From a bacterium (GTDB lineage: Bacteria; Krumholzibacteriota; Krumholzibacteriia; G020349025): DNA of 64,000 bases. The stretch lies in NCBI GenBank assembly GCA_031362565.1, contig JANLSU010000039.1, positions 64,001-128,000 on the forward strand, read 5' to 3'. The notes beneath the pieces are model-generated. The model was given only the letters and a program-made list of their open reading frames with translations. It ran no database searches and was not told where the DNA came from. A program made the translations under genes and the position numbers. Positions 36,910 to 46,004 of this stretch are shown piece by piece. Every line of letters begins with the position of its first letter. Position 1 is the stretch's first letter.

Positions 36910-38538
36910 CTACTTGGCGTCCGTGACCCACCACTCTTCGATGCTCTCATAGGCGCCGCGGGCGTCGAGATGCACACCCTGCAACCGCGACCGCATGCCG
37001 ACCACATCGTGTTTGTAGTAAAGCCAGGTGTAGGGGTAGTCGCGCGTCACCACGCGCTGCGCTTCGTGCCAGAGGGGACGGGCCGCATCGGGTTCGAGCC
37101 GCACAGCTGCCGTATGCAAGCTGTCGACGCGCGGGTTGCAGTAGCCGAAGTAGTTCAGCCTCTTGCCGCAGCCCCAGACCGGCAGCAGATTCGGGGTAAC
37201 CGTCGCACCCCACCCACCGAGGGACGCCTGAAACAGGCCGTGTTCGCGCGCCGCGCGCGCCGCTTCGGTATCCCGTAAGTCCAAGGTCGCCTTCACACCA
37301 ACGGCCTTCCAGTTCGCCTGAATCGGCACGGCGGCCGCGCGCCGCGCCTCGCTGCTCGCATCCAAAAGCAGCGCGAATTCGAACTTCTTGCCATTGCGAT
37401 CGAGCCAGCCATCGCCATCCGTGTCGCGCCAGCCTGCCGCCGCCAGGAGCAGTGCGGCGCCGGCCGGATCGTACGGCGTGATGGGGAGGCTGCGATCGTA
37501 GGCCCACACGAGTGGTGTCATGGGACTCTCGAAGGGTTCGGCGAATCCATAGCACAAGCCTTTGATGATCGACTCGCGATCGATGGCGCGGGTCAGCGCT
37601 TCGCGCACCGCGCGGCGCGCGAACAAGGAGTCGCGTTCGTTGTAGCCCACGTACTCGTAGCCGCGGCCCGGACCGCTCCAAAGGCGCAGGTCTTGGGACC
37701 CTGCGTCGCGTACCGTCGCGGCGTCACGCGGCGGCATATCGGCCAGAAAATCGATCTGGCCGGCGTGCAGTTGCGCGACCCGCGTCGACGGGTCGGGAAT
37801 CACCTGCAGGACGAGGCGATCGACGTAGGGATGGACCTTGTCGGCGTAGTGTTCGTTGCGAACGAACACCAGTCGCTGCCCGGCCTCCCAGCGCTCGAGC
37901 CGGAACGCTCCACAACCGACCGGCGTGCGCGCCAGGTCGGTCTCGTCCCAGTGATCGCGCGCCACTGATTGGTAGATGTGCTGCGGCAGAATGTAGCCCT
38001 CTTTGGCGTAGCGGAATTGATCCGGGAAGCGCTCCTTGAAATGGAACCGTACGGTGTGTGCATCGACAGCGTCGCAGGCGGTGATCTTGAGTTTCCAATG
38101 GCGCGATGTCCAGTTCACCAGGCTGTCGCACTGCACCTCGAATGTGAAGGTGACGTCGGCGGCGGTCACCGGCACCCCATCGCTCCATTGCATGTCGTCC
38201 CGCAGGCGCATGGTGAGATCCAGATGGTCGGCACTCCACTCCCAGGAGCGAGCCAATGAAGGTTCGTAACCCATGAGGGTACTGTCGGTGTTGGCGAGCA
38301 TCATGAACACGAACCCCAAGGCCTCGCTCGCATTCTGGCTGGCGGCGCTGTACGGGATCAGATTCTTCGGGTCGGCGGAATAGCCGATGGTGACCGTCCC
38401 GCCGCGGCGCGGCGCCATGCCGGCGGTGTGCGCGCCCGGCTTGGTCTCGTCGTGCCCGCTGCAGCCCACGACCGCGAGCCCCACCAGCGCCAGAATCCAC
38501 CCGGCTCGCTTCGACGCCTGCGCGGCAATACGCGCCAT
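36910..38538 (-). CDS. Peptide/nickel ABC transporter substrate-binding lipoprotein (family 5, OppA/AppA-like)
   Basis: ATG 38538 after AAGGAGG; lipobox LAVVG-C; PSLARSWEWS, WSDGVPVTAADV, PVGCGAF, DTDGDGWLDRNG. Confidence 0.92.
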   Translation of the reverse strand: MARIAAQASKRAGWILALVGLAVVGCSGHDETKPGAHTAGMAPRRGGTVTIGYSADPKNLIPYSAASQNASEALGFVFMMLANTDSTLMGYEPSLARSWEWSADHLDLTMRLRDDMQWSDGVPVTAADVTFTFEVQCDSLVNWTSRHWKLKITACDAVDAHTVRFHFKERFPDQFRYAKEGYILPQHIYQSVARDHWDETDLARTPVGCGAFRLERWEAGQRLVFVRNEHYADKVHPYVDRLVLQVIPDPSTRVAQLHAGQIDFLADMPPRDAATVRDAGSQDLRLWSGPGRGYEYVGYNERDSLFARRAVREALTRAIDRESIIKGLCYGFAEPFESPMTPLVWAYDRSLPITPYDPAGAALLLAAAGWRDTDGDGWLDRNGKKFEFALLLDASSEARRAAAVPIQANWKAVGVKATLDLRDTEAARAAREHGLFQASLGGWGATVTPNLLPVWGCGKRLNYFGYCNPRVDSLHTAAVRLEPDAARPLWHEAQRVVTRDYPYTWLYYKHDVVGMRSRLQGVHLDARGAYESIEEWWVTDAK

Positions 38539-38549
38539 GACGACCTCCT

Positions 38550-39476
38550 TCAAGACAGTGAGATTCGATACTGTGCGGCGAGTTGCTGCAACTCGGCGGG
38601 CGGAATGTCGAGTTCCTGCGCGGCGCGAATGGCGTCGCCGGTATGCCGGCGGAGTGCCGCGCGCAGTGCCGACTCGGTGGCCTGGTCGCGGGCCATGGCG
38701 AGCGTCCGCGGCACTGCAGCGCCATCGATCCGCAAGTCCGCCGGACCGATCACATCCCCGGTGAGCAGCGCCGCGCCGCGGCGGATACAGTTTTCCAGCT
38801 CGCGAACATTGCCGGGCCATTCATGCCCTCGTACCACGGCACGCGCTGCGTCGGAGAGACGTAACGTGCGGCCGAGCTCGACACCACGCGCCGCCACGAA
38901 TGCATCCGTCAGCAGATCGAGGTCGCTGCCGCGCGCGCGGAGTGGTGGCAACATCAGCACGATTTCGTTGACGCGGTGATACAGGTCGCGGCGAAACGCG
39001 CCGCCCTCGACCATCCCGGGAAGGTCTTGATGCGTTGCAGCGATGAATCGCACCTCGATGGCGCGGTCGCGGGCACCGCCCAAGCGCTGCACCCGGCGGT
39101 CCTGTACGACGCGCAAGAGTTTGGACTGGACGGTGAGCGGCAGTTCGGCGATTTCATCCAGAAAGAGGCTGCCGCCGTCGGCCCGTTCGATCCATCCGGA
39201 GTGCGCCGCGACGGCGCCGGTGAAACTGCCCTTTTCGAATCCGAAGAGTTCCGACTCCACGAGATTGAGCGGCAAGGCGGCGCAGTTCACGGCAACGAAC
39301 GGACCCGCCGCACACGCACTGCGCCGGTGCAGGCTGCGGGCGACGAGTTCCTTGCCGGTGCCGGTTTCGCCACGCACGAGGATGGTGAGATTGGACGGCG
39401 CGACGCGGTCAATGGCGACGAATACGGCGCGCATCGCCGCACTGTCACCCAGCATGCCATCGAACGGCTCCGCCAT
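38550..39476 (-). CDS. Sigma-54-dependent activator (AAA+ and Fis-type HTH) lacking an N-terminal sensory domain
   Basis: Start [20 protein letters not shown] Walker [45 protein letters not shown]. Confidence 0.92.
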   Translation of the reverse strand: MAEPFDGMLGDSAAMRAVFVAIDRVAPSNLTILVRGETGTGKELVARSLHRRSACAAGPFVAVNCAALPLNLVESELFGFEKGSFTGAVAAHSGWIERADGGSLFLDEIAELPLTVQSKLLRVVQDRRVQRLGGARDRAIEVRFIAATHQDLPGMVEGGAFRRDLYHRVNEIVLMLPPLRARGSDLDLLTDAFVAARGVELGRTLRLSDAARAVVRGHEWPGNVRELENCIRRGAALLTGDVIGPADLRIDGAAVPRTLAMARDQATESALRAALRRHTGDAIRAAQELDIPPAELQQLAAQYRISLS

Positions 39477-39546
39477 CGCCGCCCCCGGAATCGCGCCCCA
39501 CGTGTCGCCACGAGAGGCCGATCTTAGGGAGCGGTGGCGCCCAGCG

Positions 39547-41889
39547 TCAAGGCAGCGGATCGGGCGCGCCGAGGCTGTCGGCGTAGACCTGCGCGAGCAC
39601 CGCAACGTCGGTGCCCGGATAGCGCAACTGGACGGTCGACAAAAGTGCGACGGCGCGTGGTTTGTCGGCGAGTTGTTCGACCGCGACATGGGCGGCCAAC
39701 TCGAGCAATGACCCGGCGCGTGGATCGTTGCCGAAGGACGCCGAGACGCTATCGAGGAAGGCCACGCTGCGCTCCCAGTGCCCTTCGAGACCAAAGCATT
39801 CGCTCATGAAGCGCGCCGCGAGCAGGGCCGGACGCTCGGTGCCGAACTGCTGAATGACGCTCCGGTAGCCTTGCATCACTTCCGGCACCAGGGTGTGCGC
39901 CTCGTCGGCTTGGCCGTGTTCTCGCAGCATGCGAATTTCTTCGAGCGGCGCGACAAGTCCGGCGGCGGTCGCCGGATAGACGTCGCGAAGCTGCGCGTAC
40001 AGGCGCCGCGCGTCGCGAATATCGCCGCGCGCCACTTCGACGCGCGCCAGACCAAGCGTCGCTTCGGACCGGCCGGCCTCCGAGCGCGCCTCCGCCGCGG
40101 CGTGCGTGAACGCGTCGTCCGCCGCGTCGAGTTCCTGAGCGCGCATATGAATCTGCCCGGCCAAAAGCCATCCCAAGACCCGGTGCTGGTTGTCGAACGT
40201 GGCGCGTTCCGAACTCAAACCGGCCAAGATTCCCAGCGCATCCTTGTCGCGGCGCAGCCCACTCGCGAGCAAGCTGGCCTCCGCAACGAGCATCCCGCCG
40301 TCGTGACCTTCGGGGTCGTGGCGGGCGCGCAAGTCATGCAGTGCCGTGAAAGCGTCGTCCCAACGCCCGGCGCCGAGCAGCAGTGCGAACCGGGCCGTGC
40401 GTGCATCGCGCGCTTCTTCGCCGCGTTCGGCTGCCGCCTCGAGGGCCCGGGCGCCGCGCTCGACCCAGGCGGTGCGGGCCTGCTGATCACCGCGACCCTG
40501 AAACCGCTGCACGACATAGCCGGCGATTTCGACACCATTCGCGTGCAGCGGCCAGCGGCCGTCCTGCACGCCCCGCAACCACACCTCGTAAGCGGCGACC
40601 GCGTCGGGCCAATTGCCGTGGGCGTCGAGAACGCGGGCGAGTTCGAGTGCCGCGTCACCGCACACGCCGCGATAGGCGCAGTGGTCGATGAGGTCACTGA
40701 ACTCGGCACGGGCAACGTCCAAGCGCCCGGCGTGCGCATACGCGGCCGCCCGTCCCAGCAAGCCCTGGCACGCGAGCCGCGCGAGGTCGTGCTCCAAGCC
40801 TTCTGGAGCCCGCTTCGCACTCCGTTCGGCGCCAACGCGTTCGACGGCATCGCCATAGAGCTGGGCGACGCCAAGCCAGGCGAGCGTGTCGACCGGCGCC
40901 GCCGTTTCGAGGCCACCTTCGCGAAGCCGCGCGCGTTCGACGCACCGTTCGGCGTCGTAACGCAGCGTCAGGTTGCGGGCGTCACGCTCATGGGCGCAGC
41001 CGGCGCACGCGCCGAGCGCGACAACGACGAGCATCGTCGTGGCGACGCGCACCAACGGCGCTCCGGGCGCGGCTTTACGGCGCACCCGGGTTCGTACCGC
41101 GAAATAGGCCGACAGGCCGGCGGCCAGAAATCCGCCGACGACTTCCGCCGGCAACTGTCCGGCGAGGGCGGCGAGAATCCAGTCTGGATCCTGCGCCGCT
41201 CCGGCGCGAATGGCCGGCGTCCGCAGGATGATTCCCGGCACGTGCAAGATCGCAATCGCGACGACGGCGAGCGGCAGTGAAATCGGCAGATGCGCCACGA
41301 GAGCGACGCTCGCCCGCACCGCCTTCCAGGCTCCAATGTCGTAGAACACGACGAAGGCGGGAGCTGTGAACAGCAAGAGCGAGATGACGCCGCCGGCGAG
41401 CAACGCCACCAGAGCGGCTGATTCTGGGCTCGCCACCAACGCGGTCACGCGCAGCGCGAGTACCGGTACCGCGAGCAGTACCAACGCGAAGACGACGAGG
41501 GTCATTCCACGCCGGATGGCGCCGCGTACCGGTCCGAACAGCGGGACGGGTTGCCGGCCCCAAGCGGCGCCGAGGCGCCGCATCACCACCGCCTGCACGA
41601 ACACGCCAATGGTGACGAAACTCACGATGTCCATCGTTTGCGCGACGAGAGGCAGATGCAGCGGCAGGTCCGGATAGTGAACGTGGCGCACGAGCCCGGG
41701 AGCGATGGCCAGCGCTGGTACGAGCACGAACCATGGCACCCAGTCGAAACGCGCCACGAGCAGCAGCACGCAGCCCTTCAGCAGCGCGACGACGACGAAG
41801 GGCAGCCAGGCAAGCGGATCCAACACCTGGCCAGCTACGGCTCGCATCGCGCTCATGAACGGACGCAATGGATGCGAATGGAATCTCAT
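39547..41889 (-). CDS. Multi-TM membrane domain fused to TPR-repeat domain
   Basis: About 6-7 hydrophobic helices followed by an LGACAG-C-like segment and Ala/Leu-rich TPR-like helices (e.g. [15 protein letters not shown]); start ATG 41889 or 41857. Confidence 0.65.
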   Translation of the reverse strand: MRFHSHPLRPFMSAMRAVAGQVLDPLAWLPFVVVALLKGCVLLLVARFDWVPWFVLVPALAIAPGLVRHVHYPDLPLHLPLVAQTMDIVSFVTIGVFVQAVVMRRLGAAWGRQPVPLFGPVRGAIRRGMTLVVFALVLLAVPVLALRVTALVASPESAALVALLAGGVISLLLFTAPAFVVFYDIGAWKAVRASVALVAHLPISLPLAVVAIAILHVPGIILRTPAIRAGAAQDPDWILAALAGQLPAEVVGGFLAAGLSAYFAVRTRVRRKAAPGAPLVRVATTMLVVVALGACAGCAHERDARNLTLRYDAERCVERARLREGGLETAAPVDTLAWLGVAQLYGDAVERVGAERSAKRAPEGLEHDLARLACQGLLGRAAAYAHAGRLDVARAEFSDLIDHCAYRGVCGDAALELARVLDAHGNWPDAVAAYEVWLRGVQDGRWPLHANGVEIAGYVVQRFQGRGDQQARTAWVERGARALEAAAERGEEARDARTARFALLLGAGRWDDAFTALHDLRARHDPEGHDGGMLVAEASLLASGLRRDKDALGILAGLSSERATFDNQHRVLGWLLAGQIHMRAQELDAADDAFTHAAAEARSEAGRSEATLGLARVEVARGDIRDARRLYAQLRDVYPATAAGLVAPLEEIRMLREHGQADEAHTLVPEVMQGYRSVIQQFGTERPALLAARFMSECFGLEGHWERSVAFLDSVSASFGNDPRAGSLLELAAHVAVEQLADKPRAVALLSTVQLRYPGTDVAVLAQVYADSLGAPDPLP

Positions 41890-41900
41890 GCCCTTGCAAC

Positions 41901-41916
41901 AGCAAGGACCTTGCCA
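41901..41916 (-). promoter_or_regulatory. Putative sigma-54 promoter (leftward)
   Basis: Minus strand TGGCAAGGTCCTTGCT, close match to TGGCAC-N5-TTGC(A/T). Confidence 0.7.
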
Positions 41917-42008
41917 CGCACGGCGGGCGACCGTTGGGGCGACAATCGCTGTCCACGTCGGTGTCAGCCGCGGCACCAAGAGGTGCGCCCGAGCCCGGCG
42001 TGTGGACA

Positions 42009-42024
42009 TGGCGCTTCCTTTGCA
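42009..42024 (+). promoter_or_regulatory. Putative sigma-54 promoter (rightward)
   Basis: TGGCGCTTCCTTTGCA = GG-N10-GC with TTGCA, 43 nt before GTG 42068. Confidence 0.65.
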
Positions 42025-42067
42025 GGGACCCGAAGTCCCGAACGTTCCTCCCAAGGGCGACGGCGCT

Positions 42068-42544
42068 GTGAATCCTCGTCTGCTTCTTGTCGGAGCTCTT
42101 GCAGTCGCGACCTGCGGGTTGGGCGTTCTGTTTGGACACCGCAACGCGGTCGCGTGGCAACGCGCCGGTGGACCGGCCCGCATCCCGGACGCGTGGCGCG
42201 GCGCGCCGTCCGAACCTGCCGCCTGGGTTTTCGTGCGCCCCGGGTGCCGCCATTGCGGCGATCACCTTCAAGCCCTCGAGCGCGCCGTTCAAACGCGCCC
42301 GGAATCGTTGCGCGCCGGCATTCTGGCGCGCATTCGCATCGTCGGTGCGGCCGCCGAACGGCCCGGCGGGAGCCTGGCGTTGCCTGATTCCCTGCGCCGC
42401 GTGTTCGACGTCCGGATCGCGCCGACCACGTGGTGGATCACCGGGGATGGCGTGATTCGGAGCGCGTGGCGTGGGGCCCGCGGCGCGGCGGCGTGGAACC
42501 GCGGCCTCGAATTCCTCGCCGCCCAGCCAGGGGTGACGCCATGA
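42068..42544 (+). CDS. Membrane-anchored thioredoxin-fold (redoxin) protein
   Basis: GTG 42068; N-terminal TM; VFVRPGCRHC (CXXC) and VRIAPTTWWITGDGVIR cis-Pro loop pattern. Confidence 0.75.
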   Translation: MNPRLLLVGALAVATCGLGVLFGHRNAVAWQRAGGPARIPDAWRGAPSEPAAWVFVRPGCRHCGDHLQALERAVQTRPESLRAGILARIRIVGAAAERPGGSLALPDSLRRVFDVRIAPTTWWITGDGVIRSAWRGARGAAAWNRGLEFLAAQPGVTP

Positions 42545-43131
42545 CGGCGCGGCGTTGGTTGTGTGCAGCCGCATGGTGTGCGGCAACATCGGCGCGGCAC
42601 ATCGCCGCGGTACCGGCGTCACACCTGTGGGCGCTGGACTTCGGCGCGCTCCAAGATCCGCACGCTTGGGTGGCGCTCGAGAGCTGGGGACCCGATTGCG
42701 CCTGGGTCGGTGCGGCACCGGGCGATCTCCAGCATGCGGTCGACGGCTGTGGACCGGCGGCCCTGGCGCTCCTGCTGCGCACCGCGGGCCGTCCGGTGCC
42801 GCAGGACGTGCTCTGGAGTGCGTGCCGGATGCGCGGCGGCGGCACCACACTCGGATGCCTGGCACGTGCGGCGCGGACTTTCGGTCTCCCGGTTCAAGTG
42901 CGGGTCGTGGCGGATTTTACGGCGCTTGAATTGCCGGCGATCGTGCATTTGCAACGCGGCCACTTCGTGCTGCTGGAGCGCTGCAACGCGGCCGTCGCCG
43001 AGATCACGGATCCGGCCTGCGGCCGGATCCGGGTGCGAGGTGCAACCCTCCGCCGCATGGCATCCGGTGCGGTTCTCGTCCGCGATGCCGCGACGCGTGG
43101 CGCGCCCCACTCCGCTGGAGGCCGGTCATGA
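42541..43131 (+). CDS. Stand-alone C39 cysteine peptidase
   Basis: ATGA-coupled; LQHAVDGCGPAAL (Q, Cys), GTTLGCLARAA, LPAIVH...GHFVLL (His), TDPACG (Asp); no ABC domain. Confidence 0.88.
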   Translation: MTARRWLCAAAWCAATSARHIAAVPASHLWALDFGALQDPHAWVALESWGPDCAWVGAAPGDLQHAVDGCGPAALALLLRTAGRPVPQDVLWSACRMRGGGTTLGCLARAARTFGLPVQVRVVADFTALELPAIVHLQRGHFVLLERCNAAVAEITDPACGRIRVRGATLRRMASGAVLVRDAATRGAPHSAGGRS

Positions 43132-43808
43132 GGCGCGGATGGCACGAACTCCTGCTCTGCACGCGAACAGTCGTCGCACCGGGTGAGATGTGGTCGGCAG
43201 TCGCCGTCGCGCCACGCACGACACTCGCGATCGCCTGCGTCGGCGGCCTCGAAGCACTGAATCTGGTGCTGCAGTCATGCGTTCTGTGGCCGGCATTCGC
43301 CGGCGACCCGTTGGTCTTCGATGCGCCGGGTGGAGCGCCCGCCGCGTTGCGGGCCTTCTGCGTCGCACGAGGTGCGGCGATCGCGCTGGCACCCGCGGCC
43401 GTCGCGGTGCGTGCGACGGCACTCGGGGTCCTGCTGTACGGCGCTTGTGGCCGGGGCGCGCGGCTGCCGCGGGTCGGCGTGCTCGTGGCTCTCGCCGCGT
43501 ACGCCGAGATCATCCCGTGGATCGAGAGTGCGGCCCTGACGATCGCGATCGCGATCGCCGCTCCACAGGACCTCGATGCGCTGCGCACCGTGCAGTTGCA
43601 CGCCGGCCTCGACCTCGTGTGGCCCTCAGCGTCCGCCGGGTGGGCACCATGGCTTGTTGCCGTGAATGCGTTCACCGCCTGGTGGGCGCTCGTCGTGGCT
43701 TGCGGGCTGGTGCGGATTGCCGGCTTATCGCGCCCGCGGGGCCTTGGCGTTGGACTCGTACTGGCAGCATCGCGCGTTGTGATCGACGTCGCGTCGACGC
43801 GATTTTGA
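43128..43808 (+). CDS. Yip1-like multi-pass membrane protein
   Basis: ATGA-coupled; VVAPGEMW start motif, about 5 TM, VNAFTAWWALVVACGLVRIAGLSRPRG C-terminal pattern. Confidence 0.65.
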   Translation: MRRGWHELLLCTRTVVAPGEMWSAVAVAPRTTLAIACVGGLEALNLVLQSCVLWPAFAGDPLVFDAPGGAPAALRAFCVARGAAIALAPAAVAVRATALGVLLYGACGRGARLPRVGVLVALAAYAEIIPWIESAALTIAIAIAAPQDLDALRTVQLHAGLDLVWPSASAGWAPWLVAVNAFTAWWALVVACGLVRIAGLSRPRGLGVGLVLAASRVVIDVASTRF

Positions 43809-43872
43809 GGCGCTGAATCGCCGTCGACCGAAGGAGCGAACCCCGATTGACTTCCCGAGAATTGGATCCGTC

Positions 43873-44211
43873 ATGTTTCGACACATCTGGAACGCCGGAC
43901 GCGTTTTGGCAGGCGCGGCCGCGGTGATCGTACTCTTCGTGCTGCCGGATTCACCGGCATTCACGCCAACGGCTGGCGCCGGCGTCGCCGTTTCGGTTCG
44001 AACCCCAGCGCCGGGCGACTCCAGTGTTTTGGACCCGGTGGCGTTGGCGAGCGACGCGTCCGGTGGGTGGAAGTTCCCATTGGGGCTAAGAGCCTGCGCA
44101 CTCTCGGTCGGAACCGCAATCGCGGGCCTGGCGTTCGTGCCGGTCGCGCCGCTCGGCGCGTTGAATGCATTCACGGCCGGCTTTCTGTCGATGTTGTACA
44201 CGTGTTCATGA
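43873..44211 (+). CDS. Putative bacteriocin/RiPP precursor 1 (signal peptide, GG leader, 47-aa core with 2 Cys)
   Basis: Hydrophobic N-terminus, LASDASGG|WKFPLGLRAC...LYTCS; directly downstream of the C39 and Yip1 genes. Confidence 0.65.
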   Translation: MFRHIWNAGRVLAGAAAVIVLFVLPDSPAFTPTAGAGVAVSVRTPAPGDSSVLDPVALASDASGGWKFPLGLRACALSVGTAIAGLAFVPVAPLGALNAFTAGFLSMLYTCS

Positions 44212-44250
44212 GCTCATTCCCCCGGCACTCTCCTGAAGGATCTTTGAATC

Positions 44251-44628
44251 ATGTGGAGCAAACAGATGTTCATCGCCGCCGCTCTCGTTGCGGCAACGAT
44301 CGCGCCGGCCGCACCGGCGCCGGCGGCGCAGCGCACGGCACCGGTTGCACCGGTGTTCGACGTGAGTTTCTCGACTTCGGTGGCGGCCGCACGGGCTTGT
44401 GACGTGGCGGACGCGTGGTCCCCGTTGGTGCAAACGGATGCCAACGCGGCCCGCGGCGCCGGGTTTCTCACGTGGTGGCGCGGCCACGGCAAGCAGATTG
44501 CCGAGGCCGTCGGATGCGCCGTCGACGGCGCCGCCATCGGCCGCATGCTGGCGATCGGCATGGCCGCCGCCGGCGGTCCTTGGGCGGCAGCCGGTTTGGC
44601 CGCTGCAGCGCTCGCGTGTCTCGGGTGA
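44251..44628 (+). CDS. Putative bacteriocin/RiPP precursor 2 (signal peptide, RGAG leader end, 54-aa core with 2 Cys)
   Basis: AAGGA RBS; Sec-like signal; LVQTDANAARGAG|FLTWW...GCAVDGAAIG...GGPWAAAG...ACLG. Confidence 0.68.
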   Translation: MWSKQMFIAAALVAATIAPAAPAPAAQRTAPVAPVFDVSFSTSVAAARACDVADAWSPLVQTDANAARGAGFLTWWRGHGKQIAEAVGCAVDGAAIGRMLAIGMAAAGGPWAAAGLAAAALACLG

Positions 44629-44638
44629 TGGTTGAGAG

Positions 44639-44678
44639 GGACGGAGCGCGCGGAGCAAAGCCGGCGCTCCGTCCGTTT
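44639..44678. terminator. Hairpin between convergent precursor 2 and tatA
   Basis: GGACGGAGCGC/GCGCTCCGTCC 11-bp inverted repeat followed by GTTT. Confidence 0.65.
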
Positions 44679-44977
44679 CATGGCGCTTCGGACGGCTTTT
44701 CGCGCGGCTGGGTATCTTGGATGTGCGGCGCCGGCGCGGGTGCGGCGGGCGGTGCAGCCGCCGCAGCTTGAGCCGCCGCCGGCTTCGGGGGGTCGTCGTC
44801 GTGCAGCCCAACGATTTTGTCCGCGTCCAACTCGTCGCGTAGTTCGCGCGATGCCTGGCGGAAGCGCTTGATCGTCCGCCCCAAGGACTCACCCACCTCG
44901 GGCAAGCGTTTCGGCCCTAGGAGCAAGAGCGCCAGGACCAGAATGATGAGCAGTTCGGAACTGCCGATGTTTCCCAT
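44678..44977 (-). CDS. tatA: Twin-arginine translocase TatA/TatB subunit
   Basis: MGNIGSSELLIILVLALLLLGPKRLPEVGESLGRTIKRFR. Confidence 0.9.
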   Translation of the reverse strand: MGNIGSSELLIILVLALLLLGPKRLPEVGESLGRTIKRFRQASRELRDELDADKIVGLHDDDPPKPAAAQAAAAAPPAAPAPAPHIQDTQPREKPSEAP

Positions 44978-45057
44978 ATTTCACTCCGTCTCGGGCGAAC
45001 CATCGCCCCAACCGGGCACGCGAACTTCACGGCGCATCACGACAATTCAAGGCTCAC

Positions 45058-45513
45058 TCAGTGCTCCTGGGCCGCGCCACCGAAGTCGCGGCCGAGAACG
45101 ACCGTCACATCGACCAGCAGCGACGCATCGCGCTGTTCGAGGACCTGGCCGTGTCCCAACGTTGCGGCGACTTGCTGCGCGACTCCGATCCGGCCACGGC
45201 GCACGAGGACCAGTGTTTCCCGATAGGTCTGAGCGTCTGCATTCCCGACCGTTACCACGTCCAACCCACGCGCCCGCAGCAGGTCGGCAGCACGTCCGGC
45301 GAGTTCCGGAATCCCACTCCCGTTCATGACCTGCACCTGCGGAGCGCGCGCCGATGCGCCGGTCATCTTGTGCGTCGCACGCAGCGCCAGCGACGCAGTC
45401 GCGGCTACCAGGCCCCCGAGCAAGATCCAAGTCGCCGGCGTCAGACGCTGGGACCAGTGTGTTGCAGCGCGCCGCCGCCGCCGCACCGGCCGCCGCACCG
45501 GCCGCGGGCTCAT
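45058..45513 (-). CDS. LytR C-terminal domain protein
   Basis: N-terminal TM; VQVMNGSGIPELA..AADLLR..G..V..VGNAD; DVTVVLGRDF. Confidence 0.85.
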   Translation of the reverse strand: MSPRPVRRPVRRRRRAATHWSQRLTPATWILLGGLVAATASLALRATHKMTGASARAPQVQVMNGSGIPELAGRAADLLRARGLDVVTVGNADAQTYRETLVLVRRGRIGVAQQVAATLGHGQVLEQRDASLLVDVTVVLGRDFGGAAQEH

Positions 45514-46004
45514 GAACGCTCGCGCTCGAAGGCCACGCGGAGGCGTTCATAACTGCTCTCCAGGCTCTCCGGCAAAACGCGGGTGGCGCCGACGGTGGAC
45601 ATGAAGTTGGTGTCGCCGTTCCAGCGCGGCACGAAATGCACGTGCAGATGCCCGACCGCACCAGCCCCCGCCGGCCGGCCGATATTCACGCCGACGTTCA
45701 GCCCCTGCGGCTCGTACGCGGCGCGCACCGCCGCTTCACAGTGGCGCATCGCCGGGGCGAGTTCCGCCGCTTCCTCGGCGCGCAAGTTCACGAATCCTTC
45801 CTCATGCCGCACGAGCGCCAGCATCAAATGCCCGTTGCTGTACGGGTAGGCGTTGAGAATCGCATACCAGTGGTTCCAACGCCACACGATGCCGTGCCGC
45901 CGGTCGTCACCCGCGGCCGGAAACTCGCACAAGAAACAGCCGCTCGGCGCGCCGGCCGCGCCCTCGACGTAGGCGCGACGCCAAGGCGCCCACAGTCTAT
46001 GCAT
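45510..46004 (-). CDS. HIT family hydrolase (Ap4A phosphorylase-like)
   Basis: MHRLWAPWR..Y, CFLC, LNAYPYSNGHLM, HLHVHFVPRWNGDTNFM. Confidence 0.92.
   Translation of the reverse strand: MHRLWAPWRRAYVEGAAGAPSGCFLCEFPAAGDDRRHGIVWRWNHWYAILNAYPYSNGHLMLALVRHEEGFVNLRAEEAAELAPAMRHCEAAVRAAYEPQGLNVGVNIGRPAGAGAVGHLHVHFVPRWNGDTNFMSTVGATRVLPESLESSYERLRVAFERERS

Noticed and set aside
41971..41986. Third sigma-54 promoter (CGGCACCAAGAGGTGC)
   Set aside because: Spacing is GG-N11-GC, not the required N10.
44678..44977. tatA as the exporter of the peptide precursors
   Set aside because: It is convergent, ends the housekeeping pan/glmU/HIT run, and the precursors lack a twin-arginine motif.
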